Assembly (NCBI RefSeq): GCF_036321535.1
Contig: NC_087437.1
Coordinates: 87,732,001 to 87,796,000, forward strand
DNA from: Camelus dromedarius
Taxonomy: Eukaryota
Direction: 5' to 3'
DNA: 64,000 bases
Shown: piece by piece, positions 51,301 to 64,000 of the stretch
Position numbering within the stretch: the first letter of the stretch is position 1
Layout of the letters: each line of letters begins with the position of its first letter
Notes under the pieces: generated by a model
The model's input: only the letters and a program-made list of their open reading frames with translations
Database searches by the model: none
What the model was told of the DNA's origin: nothing
Translations under genes and position numbers: made by a program

Positions 51301-54300
51301 TATCCCGTCACCTTTTGTTTTCTGTTTCAACAAGTTTAAAGTAGCACGCTTTGAATCTGAGAATTAAAGTGTAGGCCCGGGAGAGACCTATAGGAGTCTA
51401 ATTTTTCATCTCCTAAGGGACATCTCAAAACGAAAGAGGAGAAGGAGGGAAAAGGAAGAGAAGGAAGAAATACTTCAGGCTAATTTTTGGTCCACAAAGG
51501 TAAGCTGTCAGGCAGTGTCACTGGGTTAGGTTAATGAGAAGTGTGAGAGTACAAATTCACTTCTAATCCAGTGCTCTCATCCAAATAACTCCTTAAAATA
51601 AATGGGAAACATATAGCTAAATAATAGTGTAAAAATGAAAGGTTAAGTTTGCATGGGCATAAGTAAACCATTAGTAAGCCATTAGTGAATCATTTACTAA
51701 CAGAATCCATTAATTTAAAAAAAATCAGATTGCTATTAGGCTTCATGGAAATGAATTTTCAAAGAACAGAAATGCTTTAATCCCAGGGACAAAGTTGCTC
51801 AGAGCATTGATGAGTCCATGATTTACTTCTTCTGAATTTTCCATCTTCAGGTCTTCACAGCTGGGCCCAATGCCCCTCTCCTACCCAACCTCAGGCTCAG
51901 ATTTGTTCAGAAGTATTTTGTCAATAAAGGAAGAAGCTGCCAAGGGTTCTTGCAAGATAAAGACCACAGCAGCAGAAACAACAGCAGCAAAAAATTGGGG
52001 GAAAAATGCTTGATGGAAAAAATCAGACCTGTTTTGGACTTTTGTAAAATGTAGTATGAAGATTACTGTATTTTGGTTACATATTCAGAAGTATCATCAT
52101 ATTCTCAATGCACAGGGTCTCCAGAAGTTAATGAAACCCCATCCATTGACACCTTCTGCCCAATCATCGCAATTTGGTAGGGGTGTATCACCCTTTGAAT
52201 CCCTTGATCAAAGATTTGTGGAGACCAGGTTACCCTTCGGTTTCTCTGTACTGATACCCTGACTACAGAGGACTGTCCCAAGGGTCAGTTCCTATCTCAA
52301 AGACCACCATCTTTTGTGTAAGAAGCTAACTCTGAGGTGGCTTAACCCAAGAACTATTTTCAATAGACACATTCTAAACTGAATAGCGACTGACTGAACA
52401 AGATAGACCCTCTTTCATAGGGTGTTTGAATGAGAAGGCTACAGAGAAAGTCCTCCTTTGACAATTGAGTACAGAAGCAGGTGAGGAGAGAAACAAAGAG
52501 GAGGCCCAGAGTACAGGACTGGCCTGTGAGCACTTTTCTCAGATGGGTGAAGCCAGCATCCACGGTTTATCTTTGACCAGTACAGCTATCTTTTAAGTTT
52601 AATTAATTGAATAATAGTTATTTCTATCATTATATCTGAACTGCTACTAAGTACCATGTATAATTCTCTCTCTTTTTTTCTTTTCTACCTCATTGTTTGA
52701 GCTCCTGTATACCTTCTCAGAAGGAAGTCTGTCTCCTCCAGCTACAACCCCCTTTCTCCTCAGCGCTCAAGAATGACATTAAGGGCTTAAAACAAGGAAT
52801 AAAAGCTAACCCTCTTCTGAAATCAGAAGATCCTTACAAGGATCTCATATTTGTTCCTCCCGTTACTGCCACTGTTTCTCACTCTTAAAATTGTGCTACT
52901 GCTGAAACTTACATTTGCCCACCTCACAGATGTTTATCTGTCAAGATAGCACCAGTGGGTCTTCATGCTGGAGTCTGAAGATACATCTCTCTTGAAATCT
53001 GTGCACATATTCCAGTAACTGTTCCTCACATAATAGGAACAAAGTTATGTGTGCAAGGACCTTCCTGCTCCAGCCCCATACTGTATCATAACCACCAAGA
53101 CCTCACACCTTCCACAGCAACAATAAAAACTGATCACTTGTATACTATCTAAAGAACCAGTCCATACTACTCCGTTCATGTAGGAAATTTCATTTCAGGG
53201 ATCTCATTGCCCCTCCGTGCCATAAGGCCTTGGCCTGGGCCATTCAGAGTCATTCTACCTGGTCTCTTGTACTAGGAGTTCCAAAGATGTATATTTAGGG
53301 TATTTATTGACCTCTTCCTTTTGAGAAAGTCCCAGATTTTCATTTACAGATACATTTCTCTCAAGGAACACATTTCCTGATCAGTGACATTTGAGAGCCG
53401 TAACTTCAATGAACAAAGCTTCTGACACACCTTCATCTCAGACAATGGCTGGATCCCAGTCCTATCTTAGCACATGTGCAGGGCCTTTAAGTTGTTCTCT
53501 CCCTGTTTTAGGGGCTTTTTGCCTCCACCTGAAACAAACAAGAGCCTGGCATTTTAAGTAACTTCTTCCATGAAGAGCCTATTTAATCTCTACTTTGACT
53601 GATACTCTGTTTTCACATTTATAAAGGAGATACTTTAAGCCAAACTTTCTACTATCTAAGCTCCTTGGCAGGAATAAATTAAACACTGGCAGGAAGACAT
53701 CAATTCTTAATAGTTCAACATGTGAAAGGAATAAAAATAAATCTATGAATCCTTTGCCTCCCAAAAACTTAAATAGTGAGTCTCTCCCATTCATTTTCTT
53801 TTCCTGGCACAAAGCTCTTATTTACTTTTCTTCTATTTCTTATAGTTATTATGTTCCTTTCTTGCCTTAATTCTGAATGTATTTTAGAAACATTAACCTA
53901 CTTTACTCCCTTTTATACCAGCATTGCCAGTCAACAAAAACCTAACTCAACAGCCTTATTTTTTAAATAGTGCTATTTAGAAATAGTTGATAATTTTCTA
54001 AAATAGTTTTATGGTTTTTAATAGAGCTATTTAAATCATTTTCTAAATAGTGCTATTGCCCTTAATGAACTTAATAAGTGATATAAAAGTCAAATATAAT
54101 CCTTAAAAAGAGTTAACATTCAGTTTGAAGCCCTTGCTGCCAGATTCTTTTTGTAAGCCACTAGTATTTATTGACATAATATAATATTCTTTTTTGGCTA
54201 ATTCTCTTGTCTCTTTCATTGCAAACATTTATTTGTTTGTTTTTTTAACTTTACCACTTTTGTTGCTTTCACCTACTCTCTGTGCTCAGAGTTCAGCCTA

Positions 54301-55922
54301 AATAGAATGGTTTTCATTTTCTAAGTTGAAAATTATTTTTACTTTCCTTTGTAATTACATTTTCTAATCTTCCACTTATTTGTATTAACTATCTCAATAA
54401 ATATTAATATCACCTACCATATTTATAACAATGAAGAATTTCATTAACAGTTTCAAAAGCATTTATGTTTGCATAATCTCCTTCACAAATTAATATGCAA
54501 AATATACTATTATATCTTGGCTTTTTTAATGTTTTACAGACTGAAATGAAATACTACAGACATAATACAATGTTTAATATAGTAGCTATCATAAATGAAT
54601 ATCTAACATTAAATTGGATGATGTGAATCACTACTGAAGACATTATTAACTACACAAGATAATCTTGGCATGTTAAAAAGAAGTTAAAAATAAAACAAAT
54701 CTAGATTTTTTTAAAAAAAAAATGATAGTCTGTATTTCGATTAACAACAACAAATACAACAAAAGCCTAAAGAACTTTTAATACGCACAAAAAAAAATCT
54801 TTTAAATGTTATTACTGTCGGCCTAACAATGCCAGGGACTGCCTTCACAAATTTAAGGACAATAATTAAAGTATTCTCAACTACAACCCTCTCCTTATTC
54901 TCTTTGAACTAAGTGGGTTTGCATACTAGCTTTTGTATTTTTCAACTACTATTAATTTACAAGACTGAAGGAGGGAAGACCTAGAGGGTGAACTTGAAGA
55001 AGGCTCAAATAATTCAAACCCTACAAAAAGAAAAGCTTATCTGTCGATTTGAAGGAAGAACTTTAAAGATATTGTGATATGAGCAGAATTATCACTACTA
55101 TTAATTGCACAGGCATATTAAAAAGACCCCAGAAAATGACCTCCTCTAAAACAGAGAATGTACGTAAAAAATATGTCTTAATCTTCTATTCTGCACTTAG
55201 ATAAATGTCAAGTATATCTATCACCTCCACCTCAATTAACCATAGGAAAAAAGTTGTCAAAATCTAATTCTTTTTTTGACAAGGAGTTTATTCTGAAACC
55301 AGCAGAGGGAGAAGCAGGCAGTTGCGTTAGAAAGAGATGAGTGTCACAGGGGTCTGAGCCACATGGGGCACTTTCCATGTGCAAAACGCTGATTAGAACC
55401 AGGGTGAATTTAGGCAAACAAGTTCCAGGTTGTTGACTGAACTGGGACTATGCAGTTTGGTTGACCTTGGAATTGAGATTGTTAACAAAATAGATGTTTT
55501 CATTTCTAGCAATGCCAGGCAAAATAAGGATGAACTGATGAAATGAAAGCACTTTTCCTTAAAGAATCACATGGGCAGTTGCAAAGATGAAGGCATGTTG
55601 TTTATTACAAACATCTATTTTACCTTTGTTATCTTGAAAAAATGAAATTATAGAACAGCTATTTATATCACTAATACTAATACAATTAAACAAAGTTAAC
55701 AGATGGACATCCATTCATTTAGTCAAATAGCAAATATTTATTGTGTACTTTGGCACATGAAATGTGCTAGATGGGTGAGAATACACACAAAAATTATAAA
55801 ATGCAAATCCATCCTTCTAGGAAACTATAAACAATAAAGTGATATATTTGTATGCTGCTGTAATATAAATGTTTAAAATATATTGGTCATTCAGCACTAT
55901 CAATGTACTGAATTGATTGTTT

Positions 55923-56125
55923 AGAGCTGTATTCTCCAGTACAGGAGACATCAGCCATATGCAGCTATTTAAATTTAAATTTAATAAAACTAAAAATCTA
56001 ATCCCTCAGCCTCACCAGCCATATTTCAAGTTCTCACTAGTCATATGTAGTTAATGGTTACTGCATTAGACAGACAATGGTGCCTTTCCATTACTGTGAA
56101 GAGGCTCATTGGAAAGCACTGGCTT
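55923..56125. mobile_element. MER3-like hAT-Charlie DNA transposon
   Basis: cagccatatgcagctatttaaatttaaatt...gccatatttcaagttctcactag...tttccattactgtgaagaggctcattggaaagcactg. Confidence 0.82.
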
Positions 56126-56647
56126 AGAACACAGAAATATCCTATCAAGATGCAAGAGCTTATTAGACCCACTTAGTTGAATCTTCATGAGTGGGAAAAA
56201 AAATTGATAAAACTTTGATATATTCAAGAGTTTATTTAATAGAGTTTTAAATATTTTTTAGAAAGCAAGAACAAAAGTCAAGAAACCAAAAAGAGTGCAC
56301 TATATATAGAGAAGAGGGGCTGAATTTATTCATTAATTTTTTTACTGATGAGAGAATAAAGCATAGAAGTAAGAAATGAAGTTATATATTTAAGAATAAA
56401 TATATAATGTGTGGACTTAATAATCTGAATCATTAATAAATCTGAACAGCAAAAAAATGTATATAACACCATAACGATTTTGTTTGTTTTGCAGACATAT
56501 TCTGAAGTATAGTATGTGATATGATTTTAAGTGGTATATTGACAGCATTTTTCTATTTTAACAGCTTTATATGTATTTTATGGATATGTGAGAAAATGTA
56601 AAATCTTTTATATTATTGATATCATTGCTTAAGATAAGTCTATTTTT

Positions 56648-56846
56648 TTATTGAAGTACAGTCAGTTACAATGTGTCAAGATGTACAGTACAATGTCCCA
56701 GTCATGAATATACATACATATATCCATTTTCATATTCATTTTAATTACAAGTTATTACAAGATACTGAATATAGTTCCCTGTGCTATATAGAAGAAATTT
56801 GTTTTTTAATCCATTTTTATGTATAGTGGCTAACATTTGCAAATTC
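56648..56846 (-). mobile_element. 5'-truncated L1 3' end
   Basis: ttttttattgaagtacagtcagttacaatgtgtc...tacaagatactgaatatagttccctgtgctata; TSD aag(t/a)ctattttt (56636-, 56847-). Confidence 0.88.
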
Positions 56847-56939
56847 AAGACTATTTTTTCATTAAAATAGAGTCAATTGAATCAAATTCACAGATGATCA
56901 CTGTGTAGACAATGAAGAGTCCTCAGGTTTGATAACTAA

Positions 56940-57170
56940 GGCAGTACATAGTGTGTTGGCTAAAATCATCAAATAGCAGCTTTAACACTTTCAAACTATG
57001 TGATCATGGGCATATTACCTTTTTCTGTGCTTCAATTTCCTCTCCTGGAAAAAGATATAAAGAGTGAAGATATAAAGAGTATCTATGTTACAGCATTTGT
57101 GTAAGGGCTAATGGTAAAGCACTTAAAGGAGAGCCTAGTATATAATAAGCACTTAAGTTTTGCTATTGTT
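56940..57170 (+). mobile_element. MIR SINE remnant
   Basis: tatgtgatcatgggcatattacctttttctgtgcttcaatttcctc. Confidence 0.7.
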
Positions 57171-57189
57171 CTCTTAATATTGAAATTTG

Positions 57190-58990
57190 CAACATTATTA
57201 GATCTGTGCTGTAAGAAAGTTAATCCAGCAGCAGAATGTAACACGGATGAAAGAAGGAGTTGAGGCAATCTGGGAAAATCAGGGGGAATACAGACTCAGT
57301 CATTCAAAGTCAAAGTACCTGAACAAAGTAGTAGTGCTAGGAATGTTGTGAAAGGGACAAACATCTAGATACAGCACAGCTAGAATAAATAGGACTTGAT
57401 AAATAATTTAATAGAGAGATGAAAGAAAGAGAGAAGTCAAAGGAAACACTAAAGTTCCCAAGTCTAGGTAGAGGGATAGCCATACATAGTGAGAAGCAGA
57501 TGTTTGGGAGGAACGATGATGGGTTTCATGTTAGAAGTATTCCCTTTGAGGTTTTGGCAAGAACTTCAGGTTGAGGTATTCAGAATAACAGTGGAAATCG
57601 GGATCTGGAGCTCTGCAAAAAAAAGTCAGACTACAGGTTTGTGATCATCAGCATATTGTTAAGTATTAAAACCATGATACCAGATGAGGTTGCCATTAGA
57701 AAGAGAATGAAGATTTCTAAAGAACTTCTTCTTTTTTAGGTAACCTGAGGCAGCAATTAAAATTGACATGGAGAATTCAGAAATGTGAATGGAAACAAAA
57801 TATAGAAGAGTTACAAAAAGAAAAAGCTAAACAATGGTTGCAGAGTGGTTGAGAGGGGTGGGAATTGAGAGAAGTCACTTATTTAATAACCAGGAATTAT
57901 TGGTAATTTTAGAATAAAAAGCTTGGGATAGGCCAGAACCAGTGTTAAAGCTTGACTCGAAGGTCAGATGCTGGTTCTCTTCACAAAAAGGAAGAGGGTA
58001 AGTATGTTTGCTTGAGGAAGTGGCAGGAATCAGGGAAAGTTCTTGCTTGTTTTTACATGCTTGAGGAAGTGGCAGGAATCAGGGAAAGTTCTTGCTTGTT
58101 TTTGTTTTGAGTACATTCATAGATTGAAAAAATAGTGAATATAAAGGGTGACTGAAACTAAAACAAAGAATATAATTCAAAGAGTTAGATCCTGAAGCTA
58201 GCGAAATAGGAGTGAATCAAGAAAATATTGGAGAATTTTCTCTTTGCGAAGAAAAGATGAAGGTAAGTAAAGATCTATAGAAATTAGACTGAAATTAGTC
58301 ATTTTAGGTAACTAAGATCAAAAGTCCTCAATAGTCATTAACTTATTCAAAAAACATTTGCTGGGCATCCACAATATGCCAGAGAGACTCTGTTCTAGAA
58401 ACTGGTGATGCAGAAATGAACAAGAAAGGCAGGAACCTGAACTTACTGAGTTAAAACATTCTAGAGTGAGGAGACATACAAATGCAAATAAAAGAAGGCT
58501 GAAATCAGATAGTGGAGAGCACCAATATTTAGAAATAGGGGGAAAAAGAAAAAAGAGGATATGAAGTGGCAGTTAATAATCAAAACAATGATAAATCATT
58601 AAGTGGCTTTGGAGAAAATTAAACCAGACAATGTGATAGAGAATGACTGAGCTAGTAAGTTTTGGTCAGCAAGGGAAAGCAGGGAGGCCTCTCTGAGTCT
58701 GGATAATATGAGCCGAAATCTGAATGTGGTCAAGTATACCATGGGGAGACCAGTGGGAGGAATGCTCCAGGAAGAAGTGATAGCGAGTTTAAAGATCCAA
58801 AATGGGAATGATTTTAGCCTGGAGGGGTAGGAAAAGGAAAGAGCGGCCATTCCATAGTCAAAGTGAAGAAGAAAGCCTGGTGTCTTGAGTAAACATGGTG
58901 TCAGAAGTGAGTTTTGAGTGTCTGTGAAATAGAAGAATTTTGGAAGAGATACAGAGAAATGAAAAATATTGAATAGATATAGAGTCACAT
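57190..58990 (-). mobile_element. Fragmented L2 elements (minus strand)
   Basis: gagaagtcaaaggaaacactaaagttcccaagtctagg; L2 end ttattcaaaaaacatttgctgggcatccacaatatgccag at ~58343. Confidence 0.7.
58009..58103. repeat. Perfect 46-bp tandem duplication
   Basis: tgcttgaggaagtggcaggaatcagggaaagttcttgcttgttttt at 58009-58054 and 58058-58103, separated by aca. Confidence 0.95.
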
Positions 58991-58999
58991 CACGTTCTA

Positions 59000-59580
59000 T
59001 CTTCTCTTGCTCACAAAAGGCTAGTGGACCTCTGCAGGCTGGCTTTACTCCATCATGTGTACTCATGGCCTAGGATGATTTCATCCAGTTTCTTTGAAAA
59101 ATTTTTCTATGTGCTGATGAGACTCCCAAATCTAGGTCTTCACCCAGGACGTCTACTGAATACAGCACCATTCCATCTGTTGGCCACTTGGCAACTTCAC
59201 TTGGATATCTCAGAAGTATCTTTAGTTCAAGGCATGCAAACGGGAATTCAGCACTCTCTCACCCTCAAATACAGTGCTCTTGTCTCCCCTTTTATAGTTA
59301 ATAGCTCTCATCTACTTAATTGCTTAGGCCAAAGACTAAGGAGGCACATGGATTGTTCTTCTTCATGTCCCACATCTGTCAAAATCCAGTAAGTGCTATT
59401 ATCTTTACCTATAAAATATATCCCGTTACACCACTCTCACCAAGTCCACTGTTACAACTCTAATATTTTGCTTCATCAATTTAATTTGCATTATTCTAAC
59501 AAACTCCTGATCTGTCCCCCTGCTTCAACTCTTGTTCCTCTACCATCCATTCTCCATAAAGCAATTTAAGTAATTTTTTT
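59000..59580 (+). mobile_element. L2 LINE remnant
   Basis: ctatgtgctgatgagactcccaaatct; cacttggatatctc; ccatccattctccataaagca. Confidence 0.75.
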
Positions 59581-59584
59581 CTAG

Positions 59585-62500
59585 AAGAATCTATATAGAA
59601 TTGGTATTAAGTATTTCTTAAATATTTGATAGAATTTGCCAGAGAGGCCATATGGGCCTAGTAGTCCTTGGTGGAAAGATTTTAAATCATAAATGTTAAT
59701 AATCTATTTTTGTTGGGATAGGGCTATTCAGGTTTTCTATTTTATCTTGAATCCTTTTTTATAATTATTGTCTTTCGAGAATTTTGTTCATTTCATTAAA
59801 TTTGTGAAATTTATTGGCATACAGTTGTTCATAGAAGTCTCCTATCTATATAGATATATAATATCTATACTGAAGTCTGATCTTTCATTCTTGAGCTTGG
59901 TCATTTGTGTTTTCTACTGTTTGTTTCATTAGTTGAGCTAGATATTTATCATTTTCTTATCTTTTTAAAGAGTTAACTTTTGGTTTCATTGAGTTTTTCT
60001 ATTTTGTTCATTTTTTCTATTTTTATTTCAGTAATTTCCACTCATATTCATCATTTCTTTCTTTTTACTTTCATTAGATATAATTTGTTCTTTTTTGAGC
60101 CTCTTAAAGTGGAAACTCAGATAATTGATTCTCACCTTTTCTTTTTTGTAAGAATTTATTGTTACATTTTCCCCTGCATATCACTTTAGCTGCATCCCAC
60201 AAATTTTGATGTGTTGTGCCTTAAATTTTATTTAGTTCAAAACATTTTCTCATTTCCTTTTATTTCTTCTTTAATCCATGAGTTCTATAAAAGAGCATTA
60301 TTTAATTTTTAAATATATGTAGATTTTCCAGATTGTTTTGATAATGATTTCTTATTTAGTCCATTATGGTCAGAGAACATACTTTCTATGAATTTTAAAT
60401 GTTCTTTTACATGTCCTTTTGAAGGATACTGTGTTTTATAGCCCAGAATATGATATACATTGCTAAATATTTCATATACAATTGAAAATAATGTATTCTT
60501 CTATGGTTGGGTAGAGTATTTTACAAATAACAATTAGGTCAAATCAGTTAAGAGTATTGTTTAATCTTTCTATATCTTTACTGAATTTCTGTCAACTTGT
60601 TCTATTAATTACTGAGTGGTAATAACTATCATTGTCAATTTGTCTATTATTCCTTTCAGATCTATAGAGCTTTTCTTCAAGTATTTTGGAGTTCTGTTAT
60701 TAGATGCAGTCACATTTATAATTATAATATATTCCTGTTGTACTCAGACTTTTATTGTTATGAAGCCTCTACTTTGGCTTCTAGTAATAATCTTTGTGTT
60801 AAGTCTATTTAACCTTGTATTAATACAGCCCCTTCAGTTTACATATGCTTACTATTTGTATTTTACACTTTTGCTATTATTTTGCTTTCAACATATTTAT
60901 ATTTAAAATCTATCTCTTATGGTTTAAATAGATGAGGGTCCTGCTTTTTTAATCCACTGTGATATCTACTGAATGAAGTCTGTTTATTGATGTAGTTATC
61001 AATACATTTGGACCTATTTCTGACATTTTGCTATTCATTTTTTGTTTGTCTCACTTGCATTTTATTACTCTGTTTCTCCTTCCCACCTTCTTTCCTGTTA
61101 AGCCAATAATTTTTAATCATAAAATTGATTTTCTTTGATGTTAGGCAACAATTCTTTATATTTTTAAATGGTTGCTCTAAGAACTAAAGCATTAAACTTT
61201 AAGTTATTTCAGTCTACTTAAACATTGACATTCTTGGCTGGTCTTGCACCAATATTGTTTCATTTACACACACCCCTCATTCCTTTGTGTTATCATTGTC
61301 ACACATAATGCATCAATACATGTTATAGACCTAACAATACAGTGTTATAAATTTGCTTTACAGTCATAAGTCTTTTAGAGAAATTAGGAAGTAAAGGAAA
61401 ACTATAAATATATATTTATATACTTCCAATAATTTATCTTTGAATCCTCTTTATTCAGTTCTGTATAGATGATTTCTTTCCAACTTGAAGGCCTTCCTTT
61501 TCTGGTGTTGGTTTTCCTTCAGTGGTACAACAAATTCCTTTAGTGCTTGCCGATTGGAAAATCTCTTTTATTTAAAAAAAAAATAGCTTGGTTGAATATA
61601 AAAATCTTGATTGGCCTTTTTTGTTTGTTTTTTCAGCCCTTTGAAATATATCATTTTAATGTTTCCTGGCCTTCATTATTTTTGATAAAATATCAACATA
61701 TAATTTTATCATAGTCACCTGATATATATATAATGATACCATGCTGCCTTTAGAGTTTTCTCTTTTATCTTTGATTTTCAACATTTTTAACTATAATGTG
61801 TGTAAGTGTAGCTTTTCTTTATTTTTTAATTTCGGGTCATTGAGCCTCCTGTATCTGTTAAGTTAATGTTTATCCTCAAATTTCATAATCCTTTTGCTAC
61901 CATTTCTGAAAATATTTTTCTGTCCTTTTCTCTTTCTCTTTCCCTCTTGATTCCAATTACACATATGTTGGAAATTGTGATACTCTCCACTGGTCTCTGA
62001 AGAAGCTATGCTCATTTTTTAAATCTATTTTTATTTCTGCTCTTTCAGTTGTATGGTTCCTATTGAAGTATCTTCAAGTTAATTGATTCTTTCTTATGCT
62101 GTCACCAGTCTGCTTTTGGACTCATCTAGGAAATTTTTTTTTAGTTATTGTAATTTTTGGCTTTAGAATTTCCATTTATTTTTTAGTCTCCATTTCTCTG
62201 TTAAAATGCCCTATCTTTTCACTTAGCAATAACACATTTTCTTCGATCTTTGAACATGTTTTCCTCTAGTTCATTGAATATTTGTAATAGCTGCTCTGAA
62301 GTTTATGTTAATTTAGCATCCTTACCCACTTGCAATCAGTTAGTACTGACAGTTTTTTTTTTTTGTTTGTTTTGTTTTTTTTGCATATGTGTCATTCTTT
62401 TTAGTTTATTTCCATGGCTAATAATTTTTAGTTGCAAACTTGTCACGATAGACAATGTCTTAGTTAGCTCAGGCTGCCCTAACAAAATATCGTGGGTGGC

Positions 62501-63680
62501 TTCAACAAGAGAAATTAATTTCCAGTTCTTAACAATTCTCAAAGTTCTGGAGGTTCTGGCCAATTAAGTTTCTGATGAGAATTATCTTTCTGGTTTGCAG
62601 ACCACTGCCTTCCCACTATGTCCTCACATGACCTTTCCTCAATATGTGCACAGAGGGAGACAATGAGTGCTCTGGTGTCTCTTCTTATGAGGACACTAAA
62701 CCTACTGGGCCATGACCCACTCTTACATATTCATTTAATCTTAATTACTTCCTCAAAGGCCCCATCTCCAAATATAGTTACTTTGGGGGATAGGTCTTCA
62801 ACATATGAATGGAGGCAGGAGGGCAGGAAATATACAGTCCATAACAAGATAATATGTTACAGTGACTCTGAAATCTCTTTTCTTCTTCTTAGGATTATTG
62901 GTGTTTGGTTTCAGTAAGCCATGAACTTGCCAAGACTCTAAAATTTGCCTCATGGTGTGGAAAAGATGTTACCTCTGCCAAGTTTTCTTGGCTTCAAGTT
63001 GCTGCTTTTTTAGCTTAGCTCCCATGTTGGTCTCTTCTGTACCTGTTTAGTTTAGATGTCTGCCAAGGAATTTAGCTAAGTTGATGCAGATTTTTAGGCT
63101 CATCCTTTTGGTGGTTTTTTGCCTCCAGGCCCACTTATAAATTTCCAATTGCTTTTCCATCCTAGAATCCTTCCCTCAAAGAAATTAATCTAATAAGGCT
63201 ACTGTTTTCTGCCACCCCAGCTCTCTGTGGATTAGGAAATGCATGCAATCAAAGGCATAACAAATTCCAATATTTCACCAGAAGCAATTCTGTCTTTTAA
63301 GAGACACATCTCTACTTTATCCCTGTCTTTGCATCAGATTTCCTGGGGTCACCTGCATACATGTGTACTCTACTGGTCATCCCAGCATTTGGACAAAGCT
63401 TATATTCAGGTTTTTGGATTTCAACCCTTTTGTGGTACTCCTGCTTTTAAAAATTTCCCCTAAAAATCCAGTGATTTTCCTACCCTGAAATTGAGTCACT
63501 TAGATTGAGTATTTTTCAAAAAGCCACAAAACTGTACTTTCTACCTGACATAATAACCATCTTTCATTAGTGAATTCTTCTCAAGTCTCTGCCTGCCTTT
63601 GGTCATTTTCCAGTATCTTCAAATTATTGTTTTTGATTTTTTTCCAGTTTCTGTAATTGTTTTCTGCAGGAAGAATTGCC
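59585..63680 (-). mobile_element. Long ancient L1 (L1M-type) interrupted by an MLT1A-like LTR
   Basis: aatatttgatagaatttgccagagaggccatatgggcctag; tttagctgcatcccacaaattttgat; ccattatggtcagagaacatactt. Confidence 0.85.
62456..62846 (-). mobile_element. MaLR LTR (MLT1A-like)
   Basis: tgtcttagttagctcaggctgcc...cttcctcaaaggccccatctccaaatatagt...ggtcttcaacatatgaat...cagtccataaca. Confidence 0.9.
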
Positions 63681-64000
63681 TGAACTTGTCACACTGCTTA
63701 TCATCAGTGATCAGTTTTACACATATATCAGATCATACCACATACAAACACACACATGGCTTAAAAATCCAAAAATTGCTTTTCCCTTCAACAAAAGTAA
63801 GTTGCAAACTCAATATCCTACAAGACTCTGCATAATCTCTCCATTGTCTAAATATCTGGCCTCAATTCTTTCTGTTTTCTTCTTTATTCACTATACTATA
63901 GCCATAATAGCTATGTCAGATTATCAATAAGTTGCCTAACCAACAGTTTGCCCCATCTTATTCCTCTAAAAAGAATTCTAAATTTTTTCATGTTCTTGGA

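Noticed and set aside
58599..59392. 155-aa and 122-aa ORFs
   Set aside because: Overlap decayed L2 sequence; no recognisable domain

Overview
AT-rich, CpG-depleted mammalian genomic DNA with no recognisable protein-coding gene, RNA gene, CRISPR array or prokaryotic feature. It is most consistent with a large intron or gene desert. Three tRNA-derived SINEs resembling the camelid Vic-1 family suggest a camelid (alpaca/llama/camel) source; this is recognised from memory, not by a search. Much of the window is interspersed repeat: young and old L1 pieces, long L2 remnants, MIRs, several solo LTRs (one nested in another, with target-site duplications) and MER3/MER5 hAT fossils. Most ORFs in the supplied track are chance ORFs or L1/L2 debris. 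The most interesting non-repeat signals are a CpG-enriched unique segment at ~30.5-31.0 kb (minus-strand ORF, Kozak ATGs, AATAAA), a candidate 12-nt minus-strand microexon at 47139-47150, a few other isolated exon-like units, and an unexplained exact 17-bp direct repeat. I found no convincing novel biological system. All non-repeat calls are hypotheses, and most repeat boundaries are approximate.
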